Below are positions 8,818 to 17,374 of a DNA stretch of 64,000 nucleotides, piece by piece (position 1 is the first letter of the stretch; each line of letters starts with the position of its first letter). Origin of the DNA: Bdellovibrionales bacterium. GTDB taxonomy: Bacteria > Bdellovibrionota > Bdellovibrionia > Bdellovibrionales > JAGQZY01. The translations under genes were made by a program, and so were the position numbers. The notes under the pieces are model-generated. The model worked only from the letters and a program-made list of their open reading frames with translations, had not been told where the DNA came from and did no database searches. The stretch spans positions 9,588-73,587 of the forward strand of contig JAYUQP010000061.1 in assembly GCA_043757265.1 (NCBI GenBank), in the 5' to 3' direction.

Positions 8818-8987
8818 AGTTGTTGTTAGAGGAGAGGTTCTTCGAACCTCTGTAACAGCAAAATCGCTGTTGGTGTAAAGCGGCTGTGAGTGCAAAGATT
8901 CTGTGGCAGCAAAGTCGGTGTTAGTGCGAAGACTCTGTTGGAGTGAAGACGTTGTTAGTGCTAAGACTCTCCGAGCCTCTGATGAGC
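8818..8987. repeat. Tandem array of 7 (+2 degenerate) 16-18-bp repeats, consensus CTGTTRGTGCAAAGAYT
   Basis: Units read at 8851, 8868, 8885, 8902, 8920, 8936 and 8953. The period is not a multiple of 3. The array is intergenic between the NUDIX gene stop and the glycosyltransferase start. An adjacent hairpin gaggttc-ttc-gaacctc lies at 8835-8851. Confidence 0.8.
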
Positions 8988-9050
8988 CATTGTTTAAGCC
9001 TTTGTAGGTTCATTAGAGATTATACTTTCGCTGTCAGGCTATGGGGGGAT

Positions 9051-9461
9051 TTAATTGGTGATAAAGTTTTTTATCATTGGCAGGAGCTTTCGATTTGCTT
9101 CCGGTATATCCAACTTTTCGAGCTCCTCAAAAGTCACCCAACGAAGTTCGGTGTGATGCACGGGCTTCGGTTCGCCCTTCCAAAATTGCACTTCAAAAAA
9201 AAGCAGCAAAATACCTACTTCGGGATAGGAGTGGGTCCATGTCATTCGGAGATCACCAATATCTGCCTTGATCCCGAGCTCTTCAAAGAGCTCTCTTTGC
9301 AAAGCTTCCTTGGGCTGCTCCCCAAGCTCAATCTTGCCGCCTGGAAATTCCCACTGTCCGGCCAAGGTGTGCCCCTCTGGACGCTGACCAACAAGGACTA
9401 GAGATCCTTTTCGTAAAATACCCGTCGCAACTGGAATCCAAGTCGGTTTTTTCGAGATCAT
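9051..9461 (-). CDS. NUDIX hydrolase (MutT / 8-oxo-dGTP diphosphatase-like)
   Basis: 136 aa with Nudix box GQWEFPGGKIELGEQPKEALQRELFEELGI. Confidence 0.85.
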   Translation of the reverse strand: MISKKPTWIPVATGILRKGSLVLVGQRPEGHTLAGQWEFPGGKIELGEQPKEALQRELFEELGIKADIGDLRMTWTHSYPEVGILLLFFEVQFWKGEPKPVHHTELRWVTFEELEKLDIPEANRKLLPMIKNFITN

Positions 9462-9507
9462 AATTCTGAATTTAACTGAATCCTAACAGGATGTAACGGC
9501 TGTATGG

Positions 9508-9610
9508 GTCACAAGGGGGTGACCCATACACGTTAGCGTCACGAGTGAGTTTCCCATCAACTTCAGTGTCACGGAGAGTGACCCGTCAACGTCGGCGTCA
9601 CAAGGGCGCA
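9508..9610. repeat. 3.4 tandem copies of a 29-30-bp GTCAC-initiated hairpin repeat
   Basis: Units at 9508-9537, 9538-9567, 9568-9596 and a partial one from 9597. Units 1 and 3 contain gtcac...gtgac stems. The last copy overlaps the pyrD stop codon. Confidence 0.75.
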
Positions 9611-10590
9611 GACTGCAGCGAATTCAAAATATTCCTAAAAAGCAGAGGCCCTTCAAAAACCAATGCAGAATAAATTTGAACAAGATCAGCTCCAGCGTTC
9701 ATCCGGTGCTGAACTTCAGCCGCACAGTCGACGCCGCCCGTGGAAATTAGCAATCGATCCCCTTTTTTATTTTTCAAAAATTCCACAGCACTCTGCAAAC
9801 ACGCGCGAGAAATCTCTCTCAGCGGTGCGCCCGAAAGTCCGCCCTCAAGTGGAAAATTAATATTTGGGGGGCGTGAAAGCGTGGTGTTCGTAAGGATCCA
9901 TCCATCAATTTCTAAATCAAGCGACGTTTGCAATGCATTTATCAACGACACCGAATCCATATCGGGACTCAGCTTAAGGAGGAGCGGCTTTGTTTTTCCA
10001 AGCTCATTTCGTGCGAAAATGATGGGTTTCAAAAACCGTTGTAAATTTTCGGGCTGCAATAGATCGCGAAGGTCTTTGGTATTTGGGCTACTGATATTAA
10101 CCACAAACGCATCGGCATAGAGCCACAAACGCTGGAGGCACACCACGTAATCTTGTGCGGCAGCTTCGTTGCTTGTGCTTCGATTTTTTCCAATATTCAC
10201 AAATAGCGGAACTTGAAGTTTTGATTTCAAATTGTGCAATTTTTTTTCTAAGGTTAAGGAGCCCGAATTTGGAAAACCCATCTTGTTCCAAACGGCTTTA
10301 GCAGAAATATCTCGGTCTAGAATTTTCCCTGAATTTGCTCGCTGTGCAACGGGAGTGATTGTTCCTACTTCTAAAAACCCAACACCTAACTTTTGCCAAG
10401 CAAGAAGGCTGTCGCCAGTTTTATCCACTCCGCCAGCAAGCCCCAGCGGATTTCGGAAATACAAATTTCGCCACTGACGTTCGTTGAAGCGAGGATCTTT
10501 CACCTTGTACAAAGCAGCAATGGCGGGAAGGGCCCAGGGCCCTACATCATGTGCCAGCTGCGGAGGTAAAAGTAACCACGGTTTTCTCAT
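9598..10590 (-). CDS. pyrD: Dihydroorotate dehydrogenase (quinone), class 2
   Basis: Motifs NPLGLAGG.DK, VNISSPNT, GGLSGAPL, STGGV. Start set to ATG 10590 (MRKPWLLLPP) because the longer track ORF overlaps the gdh 3' end. Confidence 0.9.
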   Translation of the reverse strand: MRKPWLLLPPQLAHDVGPWALPAIAALYKVKDPRFNERQWRNLYFRNPLGLAGGVDKTGDSLLAWQKLGVGFLEVGTITPVAQRANSGKILDRDISAKAVWNKMGFPNSGSLTLEKKLHNLKSKLQVPLFVNIGKNRSTSNEAAAQDYVVCLQRLWLYADAFVVNISSPNTKDLRDLLQPENLQRFLKPIIFARNELGKTKPLLLKLSPDMDSVSLINALQTSLDLEIDGWILTNTTLSRPPNINFPLEGGLSGAPLREISRACLQSAVEFLKNKKGDRLLISTGGVDCAAEVQHRMNAGADLVQIYSALVFEGPLLFRNILNSLQSAPL

Positions 10591-10592
10591 TG

Positions 10593-11852
10593 TTAGCGAG
10601 GATACAATCCACGAAGTAGCATGGCTTTTTCTAGATGCTTCACTGCCACTGCCATGGCGGCCGTGCGCATGTTCACGTTCGCCTCTTGCGAAAGCTTCCA
10701 AGTGCGATCAAATCCACTCACGATAATCTTTCGCATGCTTTTGTTAATTTGCTCTTCGTCCCAAAAATAATTCGAAATATCCTGCACCCACTCAAAGTAG
10801 CTCACAATAACGCCGCCGCCATTTGCAAGAATGTCGGGAACCATGAATACGCCCTTTTCATTTAGGATCGTATCAGCTTCGGTGGTGGTTGGTCCATTTG
10901 CACCTTCCACAATGATTTTTGCTTTAACGCTTGCGGCGTTGTCGATTGTAAGAACGCCGTTCAGTGCGCATGGCGCAAGTACGTCTACGTCCAGAGCTAA
11001 AAGCTCTTCGTTCGTAATGGCTTGAGCTTTTGGGTAACCTCGCAACGTTTTGTGCGCGTTCATATATTCAAGCACCTCGGGAATATTTAAACCGTCTCCG
11101 TTAAAAATTCCGCCGTTAACATCGCTCACAGCAACAACTCGCATACCAGATTCGTAACCAAGGAGACCTGCGTACTGTCCCACATTTCCAAAACCCTGGA
11201 TGGCAATGGAACTTTGGTTGAGAGTTTTGTTCATTGTAGCAAGAGCTTTTTCAGACGTGTAAATCACACCGTAACCGGTTGAGCTCACGCGGCCCAAAGA
11301 ACCACCGATTTCGATTGGCTTGCCAGTAACAACTCCGGGAACCGCAAATCCCTTTTGCTGGGAATACGTATCCATCATCCACGCCATGGTTTGGCCGTTT
11401 GTTCCCATGTCTGGTGCTGGGATATCTTCTTGTGGTCCAATGAAGGGCGCAATTTCGGTTGTGAAACGGCGGGTAAGACTTTGCAGTTCAGCGCGAGAAA
11501 GTAAGGAAGGTTCAACTTCAACGCCACCTTTTGCTCCGCCAAGTGGTAGCTGTAAAAGCGAGCACTTAAAAGTCATGAGGGCTCCCAGAGCTGCCACTTC
11601 GCTTATGTCGACGTGTTGATGGTAACGAATCCCACCTTTGTAAGGGCCGAGCGTGGAACTGTACTGCACACGGTGACCGGTAAAAACTCGCACATTTCCG
11701 TCGTCCATTCGCACAGGAATGCTCACGGTGATGGAACGCCGTGGTTGGCGGAGCCGAGCCATAACGTTTTTATCGCAGTTGATTGCTTTTCCTGCACTGT
11801 CTAGTGTTTGGATTACGTTTTTAAATAATTCGCCCTCGGTCACGTGCCTCAT
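10593..11852 (-). CDS. gdhA: Glutamate dehydrogenase (Glu/Leu/Phe/Val dehydrogenase family)
   Basis: 419 aa. Catalytic-lysine region LPLGGAKGGVEV and dinucleotide fold IQGFGNVG. Confidence 0.9.
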   Translation of the reverse strand: MRHVTEGELFKNVIQTLDSAGKAINCDKNVMARLRQPRRSITVSIPVRMDDGNVRVFTGHRVQYSSTLGPYKGGIRYHQHVDISEVAALGALMTFKCSLLQLPLGGAKGGVEVEPSLLSRAELQSLTRRFTTEIAPFIGPQEDIPAPDMGTNGQTMAWMMDTYSQQKGFAVPGVVTGKPIEIGGSLGRVSSTGYGVIYTSEKALATMNKTLNQSSIAIQGFGNVGQYAGLLGYESGMRVVAVSDVNGGIFNGDGLNIPEVLEYMNAHKTLRGYPKAQAITNEELLALDVDVLAPCALNGVLTIDNAASVKAKIIVEGANGPTTTEADTILNEKGVFMVPDILANGGGVIVSYFEWVQDISNYFWDEEQINKSMRKIIVSGFDRTWKLSQEANVNMRTAAMAVAVKHLEKAMLLRGLYPR

Positions 11853-12001
11853 TGGCTATCCTCCGTCATTGAGATCTTTTTTAAGAATCATCATCCTATT
11901 GAATCTCAGTGGAAATGACCAAGCATTTGCAGGTTAATTATCTGCGTCACAAGAGAGAAGGGTGCGAGAGACGGGAGTACGGAAGCTTGTTACAATCAAG
12001 A

Positions 12002-12856
12002 ATGCTTACCTCTGTTAGAAATGAGTTTTTTTTCAAACTGCGCTCCCGGTTTCGGTTTTCGCGTCGAGGATACTCCGAAGCAAGAGACATTTTGGCCGCA
12101 GAGGATGAAGAAGATACAATTTTAGAGCGTAAATTGCTGCATGACTTTTTTTTTAGCAGTTATCGAGCACGATTAAGTCCCTTGCAATGGAAGCGAAATT
12201 TATCAACATTATGGCTACTGAACAGTTTTAAAAGATGGCCTGATGTACTTTTGCACTTAGACAAACCTTTTTTGGATGTCGGGTGCCAGGATTTTTCGCG
12301 TTTGCCGGCACTAAAGCATTTTTTCGGACGTGCTTTCTCTGAGAGGAACACCGAAAAAGATGCCAAAAAAGATGCCGAAAAGAAGATCGAAATTCATGCT
12401 AACGTGCAAATTCATGGTCTCGAGCTAGATCCGTATCCCATCCTAGATGATCTCCATTCCCGCTGGGATCGCGCGCACTATTACATTTCGTTGATGAAAA
12501 ACGAAGGGAATCCTCATGACGCCTACTTCGCCGCTGATTTCTTTACATGGCCCGAAAAAACTTCGGGATTGTTTTGTTTTTTCCCATTTGTCACTCCGGG
12601 TCCGGCTTTAAGCTGGGGACTTCCAAAGCGTTTTGGTGATGTGCAAAAGTGGTTGGAGGCCATAAAATCGTGTTTAGAAAAAGATGGTTTTGCATTTATC
12701 GTTCACCAGGGGCCTGATGAACAAAAAGTTTTTGATGAGGCTCGGTCGATGCGTGCGCCATTTTTAAAACTTATTGAGCGCCACGAACTCAGCTGCCCAT
12801 TTTGGCCGCCAAAAAAACCTTCTTGTGCATCACTTTATGTGCGTGATAGTGGTTAG
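12002..12856 (+). CDS. Hypothetical protein, possibly a degenerate class I SAM-methyltransferase fold
   Basis: The only recognisable feature is PFLDVGCQDF, resembling MTase motif I. Start uncertain (track 11909; ATG 12002 chosen). Confidence 0.35.
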   Translation: MLTSVRNEFFFKLRSRFRFSRRGYSEARDILAAEDEEDTILERKLLHDFFFSSYRARLSPLQWKRNLSTLWLLNSFKRWPDVLLHLDKPFLDVGCQDFSRLPALKHFFGRAFSERNTEKDAKKDAEKKIEIHANVQIHGLELDPYPILDDLHSRWDRAHYYISLMKNEGNPHDAYFAADFFTWPEKTSGLFCFFPFVTPGPALSWGLPKRFGDVQKWLEAIKSCLEKDGFAFIVHQGPDEQKVFDEARSMRAPFLKLIERHELSCPFWPPKKPSCASLYVRDSG

Positions 12857-12858
12857 AG

Positions 12859-13875
12859 ATGATTCAAAAAGACGAGATAAAAAAACCAGCCGCATGGGTC
12901 ACAGATCACTTGGCAGACCTTAAAAATAAAAAAGTTCTCGTTGTTGGCGATGTGGGTCTTGATGTTTACATTTTGGGCGAAGTAAAACGACTAAGTCCCG
13001 AAGCTCCAGTCCCAATTTTAGATGTGCACAAAGAAGATATCCGTTTGGGTTTAGCGGCAAATGTGGCACAGAATATTCAAACGCTTGGTGGCCATTGCCA
13101 CTTGATCAGTGTGGTGGGGCAGGATCAGGCGGCGGACGATTTACAAAATTTGTTAATAAAACAAGGTGTGATGTCTTCGGATCTGATCGATGATTCAGAA
13201 CGTCCCACCACCCGCAAAATGCGCTTGCTCACCGGCCAGCATCACCTGGCGCGCGTCGATTTTGAAAAACAAACCGTACTTTCAGAAAAAGTAAAAGCCG
13301 CGACAATCCAAAAAATTTTAAAAGCCATTCCCAATGCCGACATTGTGATTTTGCAAGATTACTCCAAGGGAATGATCGATGTTGAGCTTGCGCAAAAGTT
13401 AATTCAAAAGTGCAACGAGCTTGGCAAAAAGGTTTTGGTGGATCCCTATCGTTCAACACCACTTGCGACTTACAAGGGTGCGTACTTGATGACGCCAAAC
13501 AAGGACGAATCTTTGGCTCTTGCACGGCAGATTCAGTTCAACATCACAGACGCATCGGAGTCGGTGGATGTGATTGGAAAAACTTTAATGGACGCCATCG
13601 GAAGCCAGCAAATGGTTGTCACACTTGGCGCGCAGGGCATAAAGCTTTTCGAAGAAGGGCAAAGCCAACAGCTTCCTACGTTTGCACAAAACGTATTTGA
13701 TGTGACAGGAGCTGGCGACACCGTCATTGCCGCCATGGCCTTGGCTCTTGCTGCGGGTTGGGATTTGGAAAAAGCCGGTTACCTCGCCAACTTTGCAGCC
13801 GGCGTTGTCGTCGGAAAAGTGGGCTGCGTCCCCTGCGAAATCAGCGAGCTCATTGCTTTTATCCAAAGGCACTAA
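12859..13875 (+). CDS. PfkB-family sugar kinase, RfaE domain-I / HldA-like (heptose-7-phosphate kinase candidate)
   Basis: 338 aa. N-terminal VLVVGDVGLDVY..G.V.R.SPEAPVP and C-terminal DVTGAGDTVIAA signature. No fused adenylyltransferase domain. Confidence 0.65.
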   Translation: MIQKDEIKKPAAWVTDHLADLKNKKVLVVGDVGLDVYILGEVKRLSPEAPVPILDVHKEDIRLGLAANVAQNIQTLGGHCHLISVVGQDQAADDLQNLLIKQGVMSSDLIDDSERPTTRKMRLLTGQHHLARVDFEKQTVLSEKVKAATIQKILKAIPNADIVILQDYSKGMIDVELAQKLIQKCNELGKKVLVDPYRSTPLATYKGAYLMTPNKDESLALARQIQFNITDASESVDVIGKTLMDAIGSQQMVVTLGAQGIKLFEEGQSQQLPTFAQNVFDVTGAGDTVIAAMALALAAGWDLEKAGYLANFAAGVVVGKVGCVPCEISELIAFIQRH

Positions 13876-14204
13876 TCATTTAATTCGCTTGTCAAAAAGC
13901 CAGGTAAATAAATTCTGTACAATCTTAGAAACTTTTTAGCGATATAAAAAAGGTGAGGTTATACGAACTTAAAGACTAGCATGGCGGCTCATTGTAAAAA
14001 ATGGAGGCATCGCGTGCGCATAATGCGGGTGTGGTTGTAAACCACTGGAAAGATGATGCAGCTGAATTAAGGTTTAATGTCGGCAAGATGACCGTGTCGA
14101 GTGGGATTCCTCTGGGCCCAGGGCTCATAAAACCCAGGTCAGCTCACAAGATTCTAGCGCTTCGCCTTTGATTTGATGGCGAGCTGTGTTATACACGAGT
14201 CCCG

Positions 14205-15272
14205 ATGGAAAAAACCAATTTCTTCAACTGCAATCTTTACGATCTCGAACAGGTGCTTCAAGGCCATGGCAAAGAGAAATACCGTGCCCAGCAGATATTC
14301 AAATGGGCCTACGAAAGACGGGTGTTTGATCCTGCGCAGATGAGCAATCTAGCAAAAGACTTCCGCGCCGAAGTTCCCAATATCTTTTCGTTTGAACTCC
14401 CAGCCATTGTCGAACATCGGATCAGCCAAGATGGAACGCAAAAATTTTTATTTGATGTGGGTGATGGTTTAACGGTTGAGGCCGTTCTGATTCCCGCCGA
14501 CGATCGGAACACGCTTTGTGTTTCTTCGGAAGTGGGCTGCAATATGGCCTGTCAGTTTTGTTTTACTGGAAAACAAAAACTTAAAAAACGCTTAAGCACT
14601 CAACAAATTGTTGGACAGTTTTTGCAGGTGGCAGCCAAACTCGTAGCCCCCGTGCGAATTACGAATATTGTTTTTATGGGAATGGGTGAGCCTCTTGATA
14701 ATACAGAAAACGTTTTCAAAGCCATCGAAATTTTGCACGACTCCCGCGGAATTAATTTTTCTCGCAAAAAAATCACCGTTTCAACTTCGGGCTTAGTGCC
14801 GCAAATGCCACTTGTAACCAAATCTGGAGTTCGCCTTGCAGTGAGCTTAAATGCTCCCAACGACGCCATTCGCGATGTGATTATGCCGATCAATAAAAAA
14901 TACCCCCTCGCTCAGTTAATGAAGGCCTGCATAGAACACACCGAGCTTGCGCGGGACCGTGTGACCTTTGAGTATGTGTTGCTTAAGGGTGTTAACGATC
15001 GCATAGAGCATGCCCGTGAAGTCTACCAGTGGATTAAAAATGTTCCCTGTAAAATGAATCTGATACCATTTAATGAGCACCCAGATTCGGGTTTTACTCG
15101 GCCAGCCTCGCAAGTGGCCTACGAGTTTCAAAAGTACTTGCTAGACCGAAATATTCATACCACGATTCGTCGAACAATGGGTCGTGACATTTTCGCAGCT
15201 TGCGGGCAATTAACTTCCTTGTACAAAGAGAAGCCCGAATTCCAAGACGTCGCAACCGGCGTCCTGGGTTAG
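14205..15272 (+). CDS. rlmN: 23S rRNA/tRNA (adenine-C2)-methyltransferase, radical SAM
   Basis: 355 aa. YRAQQIFKW N-terminus, radical-SAM cluster CNMACQFC, and GMGEPLDN. Confidence 0.9.
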   Translation: MEKTNFFNCNLYDLEQVLQGHGKEKYRAQQIFKWAYERRVFDPAQMSNLAKDFRAEVPNIFSFELPAIVEHRISQDGTQKFLFDVGDGLTVEAVLIPADDRNTLCVSSEVGCNMACQFCFTGKQKLKKRLSTQQIVGQFLQVAAKLVAPVRITNIVFMGMGEPLDNTENVFKAIEILHDSRGINFSRKKITVSTSGLVPQMPLVTKSGVRLAVSLNAPNDAIRDVIMPINKKYPLAQLMKACIEHTELARDRVTFEYVLLKGVNDRIEHAREVYQWIKNVPCKMNLIPFNEHPDSGFTRPASQVAYEFQKYLLDRNIHTTIRRTMGRDIFAACGQLTSLYKEKPEFQDVATGVLG

Positions 15273-15404
15273 GCCGAGGCGAAGGCCGACGGCAAAAGGC
15301 GAAGCTAGATTAACCGAGCCGAAGGACGAAGCTATATCAAGCCGGAGGGCCAAAAATAGCCAGCGGGCCAAACTAGCCAGCTAACGCCGCTACAAGGAGA
15401 ACCC
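15270..15404 (+). promoter_or_regulatory. Purine-rich repeated leader beginning at the rlmN TAG stop (TAGGCCGAGGCGAAGGCCGACGGCAAAAGG...), homologous to 41421-41476
   Basis: 27 of the first 31 nt are identical to the element after the stop at 41421. Both end in GCTACA[A/C]AGGAG SD just before the next ATG. This copy carries extra degenerate internal repeats (CGAAGG / AGCTA). Confidence 0.6.
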
Positions 15405-16316
15405 ATGAGTGAAATTTTAGTTGTTGGAAGTTTAGCCTACGATTCAATCTCAAGCCCCGAAGGCGCCGTTGAAAAAAGCCTTGGCGGCTCTGCCAACTTT
15501 TTTTCCATAGCCGCACATCACTACGCCAATGTCCGCGTGGTCGGCGTGGTCGGTGGTGATTACACCGATGGTGATCTTCAGGTTTTAAAAAGCCGAAAAA
15601 ATATCGATGTGCAAGGAATCCAAAAAGTAAGCGAAGGCAAAACCTTTCATTGGAAAGGAAAGTACGAAGGCGATCTCAGTGAGGCGCAAACTTTAAAGAC
15701 AGATCTCAATGTTTTTGAACACTTCAATCCTGAACTACCCAATGATTACAAAACCAGCTCGCATGTTTTTTTAGCCAACATCGATCCCGTGTTGCAGTTG
15801 AAGGTTTTAGATCAGATCAAAAATCCTAAATTGATTGCTGCCGACACCATGAATTTTTGGATCACTTCAAAACTTGATGTTCTTAAAGAGCTGATCTCTC
15901 GAATTCACTTAATTTTTATCAATGAGGGCGAAGCGAAACTTCTGACAAAAACCACCAACGCCATTGCAGCCTCAGAAGAGCTTCTCAAAATGGGACTCAA
16001 AGGTGTTTTTATTAAGCGCGGGGAGTATGGGTCTTTGATCCGCACCGCCGATGGGCTAGGTGTCTTGCCGGCGTTTCCCGTGCCGCGAGTATTCGATCCA
16101 ACCGGCGCCGGCGACTCATTTGCTGGAGCGAGTTTTGGTTATCTCTGCAAACAAGACCGATTTGATTTTGAAACACTCAAAACGGGGGTGGTCGAGGGAA
16201 CTGTGATGGCAAGCTTCACTGTCGAAAAGTTTGGTCTAGGTCGCCTTCTCGAGGTAACGCCCCAAGAGCTTGAGCAGCGTCGAAAGAAGTTTTTGCAAAC
16301 TGTGACGTTCGCCTAG
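15405..16316 (+). CDS. PfkB-family carbohydrate/nucleoside kinase
   Basis: 303 aa. GGSANFF near the N-terminus and DPTGAGDSFAGA PfkB signature. Confidence 0.75.
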   Translation: MSEILVVGSLAYDSISSPEGAVEKSLGGSANFFSIAAHHYANVRVVGVVGGDYTDGDLQVLKSRKNIDVQGIQKVSEGKTFHWKGKYEGDLSEAQTLKTDLNVFEHFNPELPNDYKTSSHVFLANIDPVLQLKVLDQIKNPKLIAADTMNFWITSKLDVLKELISRIHLIFINEGEAKLLTKTTNAIAASEELLKMGLKGVFIKRGEYGSLIRTADGLGVLPAFPVPRVFDPTGAGDSFAGASFGYLCKQDRFDFETLKTGVVEGTVMASFTVEKFGLGRLLEVTPQELEQRRKKFLQTVTFA

Positions 16317-16379
16317 GTTTTTGCCAAGATGGTTAGTTTTGCTAAATAGAATGGAAGCGAATTCCGATATTTAGAGCTG

Positions 16380-17369
16380 ATGAAGAGCCAAAAAACAAAA
16401 CTCATGAATAAGCTCGAAGGTCTCAAAAAAAGGGAACAGGGAACTGATCCGCTGAGTGAAGACCCAATGGAGCAGGAAATCCCCTTCGTCAGTGAAGAAG
16501 CTGAGGATAAAACCGAAGTTTCAAGCGGCTCAAAAAATACCACTCTCAACTTTGATAACGCGTCGCTAGCCAGCGCTCCTGCTCCGTTCAGAACCGACGA
16601 GGGCACGGCTGTTATATCGCAAGTAAAATCTTTAAAAGCCACACGGGTTGTTCAGCGTGGGAACGAAGAATCGACCCATGTCGAAATTACTGCAGGACGA
16701 GAAAATCGCGATAAAGAAAAAGTTAGTTATGGCGATGTCTACCGGCTTGACGCCCATTCTGAAGAGCCAGCTGGCGGGATGCTTAATCACATGGAGCATT
16801 TGCGGCTGGCGCAGGAAAAAATAAATGATCTCGAAAACGAAGTCGAAGAGCTGCGCCGGGAAAACGACGAAATTATGTCTGTGGCAGACACGTTTAAAGC
16901 GCTCAGCGAAGAGTATTACGAACAAATGGAACGGCTCAAGTCGGGCCTGGTAGATTCCCGTGAAACGTCGACTCAAGAAAATCGTATTCTAAAAGACACG
17001 TTGCAAGAAAAGGATAAGCAAATCCACGAGCTCAAGCAGACAAATTCCGACTTAAAATCCAAGGTGGAATCCAATTTTAAACAAATACGCAAGCGTGAGC
17101 GGGATCTTGAGTATCGTTTAGAGCTGGTAAAGGCTGAGGAAGCCACACTCTTAAAAACAAAAGACAAAACCATTATCGAACTTCGTCGAAAAGTAGATAA
17201 GTTAGACCAAGAGATGGAAGTCTACAGAGACAAAAACAAAGAACATTACGAAAAACTGCAGCAGCAGCAGCAAACAGTGCGAGCGGTTGTGCGCGCATTG
17301 CGTATTGCATTAACTCGTTTAGAGGGCGATTTTGGTGTGGATTTTGAGATTCTGAAAAAAGCTGAATAA
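16380..17369 (+). CDS. Coiled-coil protein (function unknown)
   Basis: 329 aa. Acidic N-terminal third, then long heptad-type E/K/L-rich helices (LENEVEELRRENDEI..., QQQQQ). Start uncertain. Confidence 0.5.
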   Translation: MKSQKTKLMNKLEGLKKREQGTDPLSEDPMEQEIPFVSEEAEDKTEVSSGSKNTTLNFDNASLASAPAPFRTDEGTAVISQVKSLKATRVVQRGNEESTHVEITAGRENRDKEKVSYGDVYRLDAHSEEPAGGMLNHMEHLRLAQEKINDLENEVEELRRENDEIMSVADTFKALSEEYYEQMERLKSGLVDSRETSTQENRILKDTLQEKDKQIHELKQTNSDLKSKVESNFKQIRKRERDLEYRLELVKAEEATLLKTKDKTIIELRRKVDKLDQEMEVYRDKNKEHYEKLQQQQQTVRAVVRALRIALTRLEGDFGVDFEILKKAE

Positions 17370-17374
17370 CCTCT

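Noticed and set aside
8851-8969. Regular short repeats that could be mistaken for a CRISPR array
   Set aside because: Units are 16-18 bp, directly abutting with no unique spacers, and degenerate. No cas genes are in the window.
9508-9610. 30-bp periodic repeats considered as a mini-CRISPR
   Set aside because: The repeats are contiguous with no spacers, only 3.4 copies exist, and the last copy overlaps a coding end. They are better explained as tandem hairpin repeats.
10591-10701. N-terminal extension of the pyrD ORF in the track (start 10701)
   Set aside because: It would overlap the 3' end of gdh by about 110 nt. MRKPWLLLPP at 10590 gives a canonical PyrD N-terminus directly after the gdh stop.
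14128-14160. cccaggtcag resembles the CCAGGUCAGG segment of SRP (4.5S) RNA
   Set aside because: The adjacent conserved GGAAGCAGCC / GNAR tetraloop helix-8 features are absent, and the flanks do not form the long SRP hairpin.
16313-16642. 109-aa minus-strand ORF overlapping the start of the coiled-coil gene
   Set aside because: There is no SD or motif. It overlaps two + strand genes, so it is a likely shadow ORF.
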